A stretch of DNA of 64,000 nt, from positions 2,074,764 to 2,138,763 of the forward strand of contig NW_003314277.1 in NCBI RefSeq assembly GCF_000143415.4. Reading direction: 5' to 3'. Position 1 is the stretch's first letter. Each line of letters starts with the position of its first letter. Position numbers and translations under genes: made by a program. Positions 1 to 11,271 of this stretch are shown here, piece by piece. The notes under the pieces are model-generated. The model made no database searches. It was given only the letters and a program-made list of their open reading frames with translations, and was not told the origin of the DNA. The DNA is from Selaginella moellendorffii (Eukaryota > Plantae > Lycopodiophyta).

Positions 1-135
1 GAATTGGATGGAATTGTAATTATGGACTGGTCCTGGAGTAGCATAGCCTCAAAGGGGGTAGAGTTAACTAATGGAGCTCATTCCGAACTTAGCTTTCCAA
101 CTTCTTTAGAAATCTTTTACTCTGGCCAAGTGTAG
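1..135 (+). CDS. Possible 3' end of an upstream gene (unidentified)
   Basis: Frame 1 is open from base 1 to TAG at 133-135 (ELDGIVIMDWSW...FYSGQV*). No recognisable motif. Confidence 0.25.
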   Translation, partial: ELDGIVIMDWSWSSIASKGVELTNGAHSELSFPTSLEIFYSGQV

Positions 136-279
136 TGTTCCACAAATCCTCAGCATTTTCTCATTGCAACTTCTGACTGTTTGTACCTTCTACAGAACGA
201 ACTGAGCGTTAACTAATGTGTTATAAATACATTTAGGCTCAAGGTTAGGGCAACGCTTCAGTATTTTCCAAGTGATTTT

Positions 280-847
280 ATGGTGTTTGCTAGCGCGTGG
301 TTGAGGCAGCTCGCTCTCTCGGGAAAGAGAGGGAGATCCGTCATCAATGTTCGTGTCCCAAATCCGCACCAGGCAAGAAACTTTCTTTGAGTGGTTTTCT
401 TAAACAACTCTTGCCAGGCAGAGATCGAATTCGACGATGGGCAGAAATTTCAAATGTCTGCCGAGTACTTGCGAGTCTACAGTCCAGCTGCTGATAGCAA
501 GAGAAGATCCAAGGTTCGTTTTTTTCTTTCTCTTATATAGTTTCCTCTTTCTCTTGAAAAATCATCGTTTTCCCTTGAAACTCTAGATAGTTTCTGGAAG
601 GAGGCATGTTGGCATCATGTCAATTGACCCCATTGGAAACTATGCTATCAGGTATCTCAGTTAATTCTTTGTTGGGCGATCTAAAGAATTCTTACATGGT
701 AGGATCACATTTGATGATCTCCATAACACTGGAATCTACACATGGGACTACCTTGATCACCTCACCCACAGTAAAATCTCGCTCATGAAGCAGTACCTCA
801 AGTCCTTGAAAGAACTAGGATTAAGTCGTGATCCTCGCAAGACATAA
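280..847 (+). CDS. DUF971 / GBBH-like N-terminal domain protein, probably organelle-targeted
   Basis: Exons 280-372, 418-513, 587-651 and 703-847 give EIEFDDGQKFQMSAEYLRVYSPAADS...IDPIGNYAIRITFDDLHNTGIYTWDYL, the DUF971 signature. Intron 1 is GC-AG. Confidence 0.88.
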
Positions 848-889
848 TTTCGTATAAAAAAGCTTTTGTTTCAAATGATAAAAATGTGA

Positions 890-2446
890 ATGACAGAAAA
901 ACATATCAAAATCAGAGCATCAGATCCAACGAAACAGGCATATGCGTTTCTTCTGGGGCAGTGCAATGGCCCTCGATGCCTCTCTCTTGGCCGGCAGCTC
1001 CACTCACAGATCGCAAGGGACGGCCAGGATGTGTTCCTCTGCAATCTCCTCATCCAGATGTACGGCCGATGTGGCAGCGTTGACGAAGCCCACCTCCTGT
1101 TCCAGAAGATGCCACACCGCAATGTTTTCACCTGGAATATCCTCATTGCGGCATTTGCTGGCAGTGGGAATCTCGACGATGCCAGGAATCTTTTCGAGGG
1201 GATGCCGGAGAGAGATTCCGTGTCGTGGAATACGATGATCTCGGCATATGCCCTCCTCGGGCATCTTGAAAGAGCAAAGAAAATCTTTGACAGAATGCCC
1301 GAGCCGAACGTAATCTCATGGAACTCTTTGGTCACAGCGTACTTCCAGAATGGGGAAATAGAGGAATCTAAGAGAATATTTGATTCGATGCTGGAGAGGA
1401 ACGTGGTATCTTGGAATTGCATGCTCACGGCGTATGTCCAGGAAGGTGACCATTCCGGGGCGGAATGCCTGTTTGATCGGATGCCCGAGCACAACATCAC
1501 GTCGTGGAATCTGATGCTATCGGCCTACTCTTCCGGCGGAATGGTCGACTGGGCAAGAAGCCTCTTTGACAGGATTCCGGAATGGAATCTAGTCTCGTGG
1601 AATATCATGGTAGGAGCATATGCCTTGAATGGGCATCTGCTAGAAGCGAGAAAAATCTTCGATAGGATGAAAGAGAGGAGCGTCGCGACCTGGAATTTGA
1701 TGATCAAGGCATACGTCGCGAGCGATCAGGGCTATGAAGCGCTGCGGCTCTATTGCGCGATGGATCTCGTGGCGGACGAGATCACATTCACGAGCTTGCT
1801 GGATGCGTGCGCGAGTGTCACGGATCGTCCCCAGGGCAAGATTCTCCACGGGGAGGTCGCGAGGCGAGGGCTTCTCTCCGATTCGATCGTCGCGAATGCC
1901 GTGATCGAAATGTACTGCTGCTGTGGCGACCTTGATGCCGCGGCGGCGATCTTCGTGGCGATGCCGGAGCGCACGATCGTGTCCTGGACGGAGCTCGTCG
2001 CGGCGCTGGCCAGAATCGGCCACAGCGATGGCGCTAAGGGTTTCTTCCGGGCGATGGCGCTCGAGGGTTTCATCCCAGGGGAGAAGACGTTCGTGAGCAT
2101 CCTCAGCGCTTGCAGCCACGGCGGATTGCTCGAGGACGGAATCCTCTTCTTCCTGGCGATGATCGACGACTACGCCATGGCGCCGCGCGAGAATCACTAC
2201 GCGTGCGTGGTGGATCTCCTCGCGCGCGCCGGGCAGCTCTCCAGGGCCGAGGATCTCGTCCGCGGCATGCCGATGATCCATCGCGAGGGGATCCAGTGGA
2301 AGACGCTGCTGGGGGCGTGTCGATTCCACGGCGAATCGATGCTGGCGGCGCGCGCGGCCAAGAAGGTCTTGGATCTCGACGCTAGAACAGGCTCCTCGTA
2401 CGTCTTGCTCTATGGCGCTCTTCCAGGTTCGAATATTCCCCGCTAG
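890..2446 (+). CDS. PLS-class pentatricopeptide repeat protein with E domain (probable organellar RNA-editing factor)
   Basis: Intronless 518-aa ORF with tandem (N/D)VxSWN..FDRMPE repeats, LSACSHGGL, HYACVVDLLARAG and WKTLLGACRFHG E-type motifs. No DYW domain. The start codon is uncertain. Confidence 0.93.
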   Translation: MTEKHIKIRASDPTKQAYAFLLGQCNGPRCLSLGRQLHSQIARDGQDVFLCNLLIQMYGRCGSVDEAHLLFQKMPHRNVFTWNILIAAFAGSGNLDDARNLFEGMPERDSVSWNTMISAYALLGHLERAKKIFDRMPEPNVISWNSLVTAYFQNGEIEESKRIFDSMLERNVVSWNCMLTAYVQEGDHSGAECLFDRMPEHNITSWNLMLSAYSSGGMVDWARSLFDRIPEWNLVSWNIMVGAYALNGHLLEARKIFDRMKERSVATWNLMIKAYVASDQGYEALRLYCAMDLVADEITFTSLLDACASVTDRPQGKILHGEVARRGLLSDSIVANAVIEMYCCCGDLDAAAAIFVAMPERTIVSWTELVAALARIGHSDGAKGFFRAMALEGFIPGEKTFVSILSACSHGGLLEDGILFFLAMIDDYAMAPRENHYACVVDLLARAGQLSRAEDLVRGMPMIHREGIQWKTLLGACRFHGESMLAARAAKKVLDLDARTGSSYVLLYGALPGSNIPR

Positions 2447-2519
2447 GGTTCCACCATTGGTGTTAGGGTTTGTGGGCGATTGACTCGATCGACGAAGCGC
2501 GCGCCCGTCATCTTCCAAG

Positions 2520-3808
2520 ATGTGGAGGCAATCGCTCATCGATAAGATGGAGGTGCGGAACACCTACCGCAACCTCTGGCACACCGATCTCACGCATTCC
2601 ACTCTCAACGATTGTCCATGTAAGTTTTTCGATCGATTCTTTCTCGCTTCGCTCTTTTCTACTTTCAAATGCTGGTTCTTCGCTGATATTTGGCCGTGAT
2701 TTCGCTTCCAGTTTGCTGCTTTGCCGCCTTCTGGTGAGATTTATAAAGATCTCTCTTCCTCGATTCTTGGATCGATCCCTTTTTTTTTTGTTTCTTTGAT
2801 CTTCTCTACAGTGCACCGTGTGCTTCTTATCTCTTGAGAAAGCGGGCCCTTCACAACGACATGTCCAGGCACGATCGTTTTTTTTCCGCGTGGTTTCTCT
2901 TTTCTATGAATTTTTTTTTCTAAACTATTTTTTCTCCCTTTTGATCACTGTAGATACGTATGCTGCGCTGGATATATGCCTTGCAGTGGCAGCTGCGGCG
3001 AGCAAAGCTGTCCGGAACTTTGTCTCTGCGCTGAGGTAGTCAAGAATTTCATTTCCAGACTTATGATCCTTGTTGTTTCTAAAAACCAAAAACGCAAAAA
3101 CTTGTATCAGGTGATGCTGTTCTTCCCAAACTCCGTCCAGTCCACACGCTACTTGCTACAGGACGAGTATAACCTCCAGAACACGAAATGCGACAACTTC
3201 ATCATCGTATGGAGTCTTAACATCATATGTTTCGTTCTTCATGAAACTTACGATTGCCTTTCTGGATCACAGGGGTTTATGTTTTGCTTGCAGCAGCTTT
3301 CGTGCATCTTCTCGCTGGTTGCGGCCATCGCTGGCAGCGAGGATCTCTACGAGGCTGCCAATATCCTCTACTGCATCTCGGACGGCGTCTACTGCACGTA
3401 AGTTCTTCCGAGCACTCCTTTTGGTCTTTTCTTCCAATCTCATCACGGGATCTTTTTCTTTTTCTTCTTTTCTTTTGTTCTTGCAGGGTGTGCGCGTGTA
3501 TGCAGGTAAGACGCACAAAACTTCCAACCGAGCCCGTGACAATGGTTGACAAGTTCGTTTGTATATTTTGTTTTGTTCTTCCACAGACACAGCACAAAGT
3601 CGAGATGGACAAGTGGGACGGAAAATTCGGCCCCGTCGAGCGTCCAATGCAAGCTCCAGCATTCCAGATGATGTCCCGGATCGATCAGCCAGTTCCTCCA
3701 TCCGCCGGCTACTTCCCTCCAGCGCCGACGCAAGCTTACGGCCAGCCATACCCGGCGGGCTATCCTCCCACTGGGTATCCTCCTCCAGGCTATCCTCCGC
3801 GCGCTTAG
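2520..3808 (+). CDS. PLAC8 family cysteine-rich protein with Pro/Tyr-rich C-terminus
   Basis: Spliced product DKMEVRNTYRNLWHTDL...APCASYLLRKRALHNDMSRYVCCAGYMPCSGSCGEQSCPELCLCAE...TRYLLQDEYNLQNTKCDN...VCACMQTQHKVEMDK...GYPPPGYPPRA*. It includes micro-exons at 2712-2733 and about 3488-3505. Confidence 0.9.
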
Positions 3809-5642
3809 CTCTCGATCAAACACTCACAAAGACTGGATTTTCGCGGACACTTTGTTCGTTCATGGAGAGTTTTTCGAGCTATTTGCTCTATGGAAGATGG
3901 CTTTTTCCTATTGTCCAGTTTGAAAGACCTATTGTCCGTCCAAAAGCTCGCGTGCTTTTTGGAGAAATCCACTCACACACGCCGCCACCTTTGTTCGTTC
4001 ATGCGGAGTTTAAAACTTTCCTCGGAATTTTGGGGAGCATGGCAGAGGATATTCGCGCTTTGGTTTTGTCGCTGTACGGCCGCCACGGCGCGCGCGCCAT
4101 GCAAAAGTTTGAAATTCAAAACCAAAAGGCGTGCTTTTAGGAATGGAGGGAAGACGTCGTTTTGGGAGGGATGATTATTCTATTGATAGATTCTCTTCTT
4201 TTCTCTCGGATACTGAAAGTATGGACTCTTGTGGATTGTGATGTGGGGTTGCGTTAGTGCGCTGATAGTGGCCAGTTAAATTTGTCGCAAACTAACAAAA
4301 TAGATGTTTGCATTGACTTGTGTTTGTTAGGAGGAATAGTGGAAGATTCATTCCACAATGTTTCTCCGATCATAGCAACATGGTATGATAGAATCTGTAT
4401 TAATGTTCTTTGACCCAGTGTCACCAAATTCGAATTTCCTTACCACCGTGTGAGCGAATCTCGCCCGACACTTGGCGCCACACGATGCACTTCGTTTTCA
4501 CCACCTTTACTATTCCCATGCACGCGGCATCACTGTCAGGTTTTACCCTCGGTTAAAATTTAGCAAGCCTACTTACTGGCCGCTAGGTAGGTTTTCGCTC
4601 GGTAGAAAATCTAGTCACGCTAGTTCGTTTAGCAGCGACCCAGAGTAAATTCTCTAGAAAATATAAGTCGCTGTTTGAAATTTGCCGTACTTTGGCGTAC
4701 GACTTTTCCGGCAATCTATGCCATATGGCTCAAGAAGGCCTCAAGAAGGGTTTTATTTCTCTTTGTCCTCGTATGGGAGCGCATTAACTGCGGCTATGGT
4801 GGAAGAGACGCAATCCGCCATGGGAAATGTGGCAGCGCTACTAGCACCGTCTTGTTCTTGATGCCAAATTTCGTCGACAGCATCGGTCGATTGGAGCGCT
4901 CTTCTCTCTTGTTCCTCTGATTCTTCGCTGGATGATCTTTTGTTGTCTCATGAGACATTTAATGCATCCGTCGCGCAGCTCTGGAGGAGATCGTTGCAAA
5001 ATCACGGCCACTCTTTTTCATCAGGTTTGCCAGGGAGCCGGCAGAGAGCTCCGTAATATCTATCCCAGTCGCGAATCAATGTGAGTTGCCAGGCCCAGAA
5101 ATTTCTTTGAGCTTTTGTTCTGATCGATCGCCTTGCACTTCATCTGCGTCTCTGCAGCTTGGATTTAGTCTTCCAACGAAGTGGCAAGAGCTCGCTCCCT
5201 TTCTATTCCCCTTGATCGAGCAGCGACGAAAGTAGAATCCAGCAGAGGCGTTTGGGGCGAATGTTTTGGAAGGCTCTTGCGATCGCCAGGTTTGGTCTAG
5301 TAGAAGCTGGAGAGGACAGAGTCCTTGCATGCATCAGGGAAGAAAACGTGATCTTCACGGGAGTCAAGAGTGAGAGCTCTGGGCTTCTGAGACGGTGAGT
5401 GGTTTTTAAAATCTTTTGGTAGCTCCTAACAATTCCCTTTTTTGTTTCATAACAGTGTCAGGACAATCGCGTATCAAAGTTTCTAAGTGGATCACAGGAA
5501 GGAACACGTTATAGTTGACCACTGTTTCCATTCCATAAAAACGCGACAGCGGAGAGATCAAATCGTTTTTTTCTTGCCAGTAAGTGATCGAGTTCTTACA
5601 ATATAGGATACTATCTCTCTGCCATGGTGACTCATCAGGTCT

Positions 5643-8324
5643 ATGCAAATGTCGGCTATGGTGTCCACACAGTCGGAGCTCGTTCGGGAAGAGATAGCGA
5701 AGAATCTCGAGAGTTATGTGGGTGGGGGCCCGTCAAACACGTATGACAAAGAGATTTCACCCAAGAGTACGCTTCCAGTCGCTGCATTCCACTCGCCATC
5801 GAACAGCGAGACGTCGTCACTGTTTTCAACGGTTGATTGCTCTTCGTTTTCATCCAGAAGTGACGCAAGCTCTTTTGTCAAGGAGGAGGTTTCACGAATT
5901 GTTAGCTTGTCCGTCAGCTCCAGCATTGAGTTCTTGCCAGGATCGAAACTTGCCGGAACGAGTTCCAGGGACAACAGCTCTTACTTCGAATTTTCTTTCG
6001 TGGAGGGGAAGGTGGTGGGGGACGAAGGTGATGATAGTGTCAGGATCTCAGGTAACAGGCAACTGGCAACGAACAAGCAAGTTCCTGCAGCAAACTCGCC
6101 CAAGGCAGCCGTTTCTCTGCAAGATGACGCCTACGAAACGTTTCCAGTTTGGACAGATCGCACGCGTTACTGCTCCAAGGACATTCACAGCTGCATTAAT
6201 CCTTGCTTCGATCAAGCAGGCGATGGCGGCGAGTTGCGGATACGCACGTCGCGAAGGAAGAAACTTTCCAAGAGCTTGGGCTCAGTTCTTACCAAGCATC
6301 TGCCGTTGAGCCCCGGACCGACTTTTCGGAGAAGGTCGTATGACAAGTTCAAGTCGCGGCTTTCTATCGGCCATCCTTCTCCTCTGTCAGAACGAAACTC
6401 CGTGGCTACGCCTTCAAGAGCTTTTGAGACGCAAGAAGAGAAGTCCGGGTACCATAGTTCTCCAGGGGGTGCGAGACGAAAGCCTGCAAGCAGTCAAACG
6501 GGAAACAAACGCCTGTCTTTTGCGAAGACAGGCGGGGAACAATTCAAGATGAAAACAGGCGCTGGTGCTGAGTTATCTGCTTCGACAAGTGGCAAAACAA
6601 GCCTGTATGGGACATCTCCCAGACGAGTTCGAGGTATGGAAGCAAAAGCTTTGGGGTGTCTCGGGATGGCAAAGACAGTGGTGCCGGAGGATGGGACGTT
6701 TTTGGAGGAATATAAGGGTCCACTCTACTTTGCTTCCGAGGACAGCGTCCACGGGGGTAAAACTCGCTGCCTGCCTTCTCCTCGTCTATCATTCGGCAAA
6801 ACAACGTCAAGAGAAGAGAATGCGCAGCTGGCCAGCGTGAGCATGTCTATGGTAGTTCCATCGCGGACTGTCCATGGTCATGTTCACTGTGTGGTCCGGA
6901 ACGACACCCCGAGTTTCACATTCTCCGTCGACGGTCTTGAAGAAATCCTTGTTGCGAAAGCGGTGAAATCCTGTCCTCTTGACGGCCTAGAGACCGGGGA
7001 GCTGGTATACACGTTCTACTCCTGGAAGCCGAAGGGAAGATCGAGAAGACACTGGAAGAACTGGGTGAGAAGAGACAGGACCGATCCAGAGCTTGTTGGA
7101 AGCATGACCTTCAGCAGCAAAGTTGTGCCAGCACAAAGCAAGGATGGAGACGACACCATGGAGCTGGAATTCGTTCTTTCGGATGGAAATGGAGCATGTA
7201 GCCCAAGGCTGAGCTTCTCGACTTGGGAGACTGGAACATCGCCACAGTCGAGCTGCAAGTCACCGTATAGCTTTCCGTCACCTTTTTCTGCGGCTAGTCC
7301 TTCTCCGGTGCGGCTAGCAAACGCGACCTCTTCGCGCTACGTCGCGATGAGCATGGTCCCTACGAGCTTGGTTTCGCCTCGGTTTTCGAAGCGAGATCGC
7401 CTCCGCTCAAAGAAGTCTCTAAGCTCCAGTCCGCTGAGGCCAAAGTCGGACGACGATCGAAGCTCGTGGAGTGACAGCGAAGTGGAGGCCGCGGAGGTGA
7501 AGATCCAGTCATCGCCAGAGTTTGCCGCCATCGTGATCCGATCTCCCGCCGGTGTGAGCAGCGCACAGTCCGTCTGGGAGGCTCTAAACAAGAAATGGAG
7601 CTCGAAGGCACTCAGGAACTCGTCCAGGAAGGGCTCTAATGGCCGGAGATTCAGCCTTCCGGGACGATTGCCACAACAGGTGGCGATCGAGACGAAAGAA
7701 AACCAGGGGGACAACAAGGCCAGGACGCACAGCTTTAAGCTCAGAGAACTGATGGGAGTGAAGGCCGACTTTGGGAGAGAAGAAGCTCCGGCCTCCACCG
7801 TGACGGTCATTCTCCCGGCTGGAAACCACGGGCTACCAGTACGAGGAAGTGGCGGTCCTCAACCTTTGATCGATCGGTGGCGCTCTGGAGGGCGATGCGA
7901 CTGTGGAAGCTGGGATCTCGGCTGCGGTCTAACGATCCTGGAAGGCCAGCAGGAGCTCCAAAGATCGAAAGAGCTCATCAACATCTCTTTGCAGGTAAGA
8001 GAAGTTATCTTCTATTCCTTGGCTGATCGGAGTTTTAAGTTTTTTTTCCAGGGGAAGAACAAAAGCCGATCTCCCTCGCTGCGCTTGGGAGCGATCAGCG
8101 ATGGATTGTTCCCGATCTCCTTCCAGGCTCCGGTGAGCTACTTGCAAGCGTTTGCGTCGGCCATCGCGGTTGTCTACACGAGAGGCCCCGGGGTGTTGGA
8201 TCACTCGGAGGATTCGAGCGTGAGAAAGGAGGACAAGCCGCCTAGGATCCCGCTCATGCCGCTCCACCAGAGGCGTGTAGCGTATTTCTCGCCTCCTCCG
8301 GCGTGCTTGCTCGATCGATTGTAG
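5643..8324 (+). CDS. DUF3527 domain protein
   Basis: Long Ser-rich ORF with ELVYTFYS, EFAAIVI, VTVILPAGNHGLP and PLIDRWRSGGRCDCGSWDLGC, plus C-terminal SYLQAFA. In-frame 57-nt GT-AG intron at 7995-8051. Confidence 0.88.
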   Translation: MQMSAMVSTQSELVREEIAKNLESYVGGGPSNTYDKEISPKSTLPVAAFHSPSNSETSSLFSTVDCSSFSSRSDASSFVKEEVSRIVSLSVSSSIEFLPGSKLAGTSSRDNSSYFEFSFVEGKVVGDEGDDSVRISGNRQLATNKQVPAANSPKAAVSLQDDAYETFPVWTDRTRYCSKDIHSCINPCFDQAGDGGELRIRTSRRKKLSKSLGSVLTKHLPLSPGPTFRRRSYDKFKSRLSIGHPSPLSERNSVATPSRAFETQEEKSGYHSSPGGARRKPASSQTGNKRLSFAKTGGEQFKMKTGAGAELSASTSGKTSLYGTSPRRVRGMEAKALGCLGMAKTVVPEDGTFLEEYKGPLYFASEDSVHGGKTRCLPSPRLSFGKTTSREENAQLASVSMSMVVPSRTVHGHVHCVVRNDTPSFTFSVDGLEEILVAKAVKSCPLDGLETGELVYTFYSWKPKGRSRRHWKNWVRRDRTDPELVGSMTFSSKVVPAQSKDGDDTMELEFVLSDGNGACSPRLSFSTWETGTSPQSSCKSPYSFPSPFSAASPSPVRLANATSSRYVAMSMVPTSLVSPRFSKRDRLRSKKSLSSSPLRPKSDDDRSSWSDSEVEAAEVKIQSSPEFAAIVIRSPAGVSSAQSVWEALNKKWSSKALRNSSRKGSNGRRFSLPGRLPQQVAIETKENQGDNKARTHSFKLRELMGVKADFGREEAPASTVTVILPAGNHGLPVRGSGGPQPLIDRWRSGGRCDCGSWDLGCGLTILEGQQELQRSKELINISLQVREVIFYSLADRSFKFFFQGKNKSRSPSLRLGAISDGLFPISFQAPVSYLQAFASAIAVVYTRGPGVLDHSEDSSVRKEDKPPRIPLMPLHQRRVAYFSPPPACLLDRL

Positions 8325-8463
8325 AGAAACTCGATATAACTCTCAATGGAAGAAGCTTTTGTTGTAATTATCTCGCGACCTTTAATTTTGCTCTTTAACC
8401 TAACCTAGCCATCAAAAAATAAAGGCATTTAATATACCCCGGGGGTTAGGGTTTTAGTTTGAA

Positions 8464-11080
8464 ATGGGGGAGGAGGGAATGGAGGAGAGCGCGCCCGCCG
8501 CGGATGATCCGAATGATCCGGAAATCGGCAATGCAATGCTCGGAATCGGCAATGCAGCGCTCGGCGATCGCTTCTTGTACAGGCCTCGTCGAGATTCTGA
8601 GGTGAAATCTCCCGAAATCTTGCCCCTTCTCCATATTTCTCCGTTTCTTCGCGTGTCTCCATCTTTCTCTGGATAGGAGGCTCCATTGGATCCGAAATCA
8701 AATGGCATCGCGGAAATCTTGAAGATCGTGTCCTGGGATCCATGGCCTTTCTACAGGGAACGCTCCGAGGTACAAAAGCCTTTTCTCGTGTTCTTCTTAG
8801 CAATCCACTTTCTTGCTCGAAAGAATCGCACTTTGGATGTGCCGAAACCTTGGGACGCTGCTCTCATCGACAGCCTGAAAGTCGATCGCTTCTACTACAG
8901 ACTCCATCAGGTAAGATGATGGTGTGTAGTATTCTGTGACTCATTTTATGCTGGAAAGGAACGCGCTGTTTCGGAAACTGGCTTTGCTCCGGAGTGGACA
9001 ATCTACAAATTCTTACACCGTCATCTAGCATCCCAAGTAAGCTGAATCTTTTGGAAGAACAGAGAGCATTATGAGTAGGAGTCGGGATCTAGGAGCGATA
9101 GAGTACTAGTTGCTATGTCCTCTTGACGGTCGTTTCTTGATCGTGGTTTTGAAGGGCTCGAGGAACTTGCTGGCACCGCAAATGGGATGGAGTTTAACTG
9201 AGCGCTACCGAGAGCCGCCATGCAGTGAGTAGATACCCAAAAGCTTTTCTTCTCGACTGATTTATCTTTGTTCTTTCTCATATTTAGTCTTAGACACTTG
9301 GGAGTTGAGAAGTGATTTTCCCGGCCAGATCAATCAAAAATATCCGGACTTGCTGCGACAGCATGCAAACATCTACCTCGCCCGCACTTCCTTGAGTGGT
9401 ATAAACACTTTTTCTCTCACAATTTGGAACTACAGTTCTAAAAGAAGTTGCTCGCCCTGCAGGTATTTTCAGCGATTATACACGTGCCGGCCAGACCAAT
9501 CTAGAATACCGGGAGATGCTACGACAGAATGCAAACGTCTTTTTGCCTCTCACTTCTTTGAATGGTATGTCTTTTTGATGCTTATTCCCTGGTAACGTGA
9601 CTTTGTACCCAGGTCTTTTCCTTGATTACAAATTGGGTGCAGCAAGAATTTCTTGTCATGGCTTGTTTCATGATTATCTCGTGTTTTCTTGCGAGCTTCC
9701 GTTCGAGTTTGCTTCAGCGCCTGAAACACAGCACGTGCTAATGAAGAATTTACCGGACATCGATACTGGCGTGATAAGCTTACTATCAACGGGCTCACTT
9801 GTAGTTGAGGTTCTTCTACAGCAGCTACAGTTTTTCGGAGTGTTACCTGGTGACAACACGAGTTTTGTAAGTGATCACACAGCTCCTTGTGCACTCTGTC
9901 TGGCACCAAAGAGTCTTCACATCTTACAAGGCAAAACTATCGTCGTCCTCACAGCAGGTAGGCTGCTATGTGAATAATTGTGATTTCCTAAAAGGCTGCA
10001 GATGTTTTGCAGAAAACTCACCAAGAGTGGTGACAAAACTACTTTTGCCACTCCCAGATCGTGTCAATCGTATGCTGATAAGCCTTAGTCATGAAGAAAT
10101 GCCAGAGAGGATGCTGATAGAAACTTGGAAACAGCAGCAATGGAGCACGATGTCTCAGTTGGAGAGTACATATCTACCATACCGTCCTGGCTCCCTGGTG
10201 AAACCATTGGATCTCTTGCACTTGATGTGCTCCCATATGACTCGTCCAAGTAAGTACAGAGTTCTTGAAAACTAATGTGTTCACAATTTTGTTCTTTAGG
10301 GGTGCTAAAGCTCTCAACCCAGGCTGTTACCAATTTCATAAGGCTCTATACTCAAGCAAACCGCTTTGCGGTTAGGAAGGAATATCTCACAAAACGAAAA
10401 GAGATAATGTTTAGCGGTTGGGGTGACGTTCCTAATATTTTGATTGTCGCGACCTTTGAACCAGCTTGTGCTCTTATAAACAGGTAACTCATCATTGACA
10501 CAGCATTTTAATGAGGTTTTTTCCTTTTAACAGAGCCATACGACATATCTCTGATGCCTATGGTCGCAAAGTTGAAACTCTAATGCTGGCAGAAGCACCA
10601 ACCGAGTCTATCCCAAGACTCTTCTGCAATAACTTTTCGAGAATTATCGAACAGGCTGAATTGGTTCTGTCAGCTTTTAGAGCTCTGGAACAGCAGGTAT
10701 GCACTCTTTTTGAAACGAATCGTGAATAATAGTTATATTTTGTTACAGCATACAGCGCCTCTTGAGCCGGCAGAACAGCGAGACAACGCACTCCAAATGT
10801 ACTGCTGTATGTGCAACAAGTTTGGTGCTCCAGGAGAATTGGTGACGGTGCTGCCTTGTAATCATCACGGACACACATCCTGTTTCATGTCTTGGATGCG
10901 TCAGGAGTCGATGCATGCATTAGATGCTGACTTCAATGGGGAGTCACCACCTCAGTGGCCGAAGCTCAGCTGTCCCTTGTGTCGATATCCTGTGCAATCC
11001 CAGCTCGCCTCAGGTATCTTGAGATTGAACTTACTTTTCACTTCTCAAATGGCTTGTTTCACCCTTCAGCATCAAGTTAG
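8464..11080 (+). CDS. Multi-exon orphan protein with C-terminal RING-H2 finger (putative E3 ligase)
   Basis: A chain of exons bounded by GT-AG sites starts at ATG 8464. The exon near 10750-11013 encodes CCMCNK...LPCNHHGHTSCFMSW...CPLCR. The N-terminal region is unrecognised and internal exon boundaries are approximate. Confidence 0.65.
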
Positions 11081-11271
11081 GGGGACTTGAGGACATCAAC
11101 ATAAATACTGCAACATCGTAAATCAGGTGAAGAGTTCTGTGTTTGTTTTCCTTTCTTACGTTTGTTTCCTTTTGACAGAGTCTTGGGGCTGTACATAATT
11201 TTTTCGTCGTTAGGCCTTTTGGACGGTTGAGAGTTTATAAATCCGACGGCTGCGGGCCTAGGTTTTGGGGC

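Noticed and set aside
871-2563. Long antisense ORFs over the first PPR (209 and 307 aa)
   Set aside because: Shadow frames of a GC-rich coding sequence, with no motifs.
3559-4174. 193-aa and 94-aa ORFs past PLAC8
   Set aside because: They overlap the last PLAC8 exon and 3' UTR in another frame and have no recognisable domain.
4200-5640. Possible ncRNA or small gene upstream of DUF3527
   Set aside because: No tRNA, snRNA or snoRNA motif set could be supported. A splice donor near 5396 suggests 5' UTR exons.
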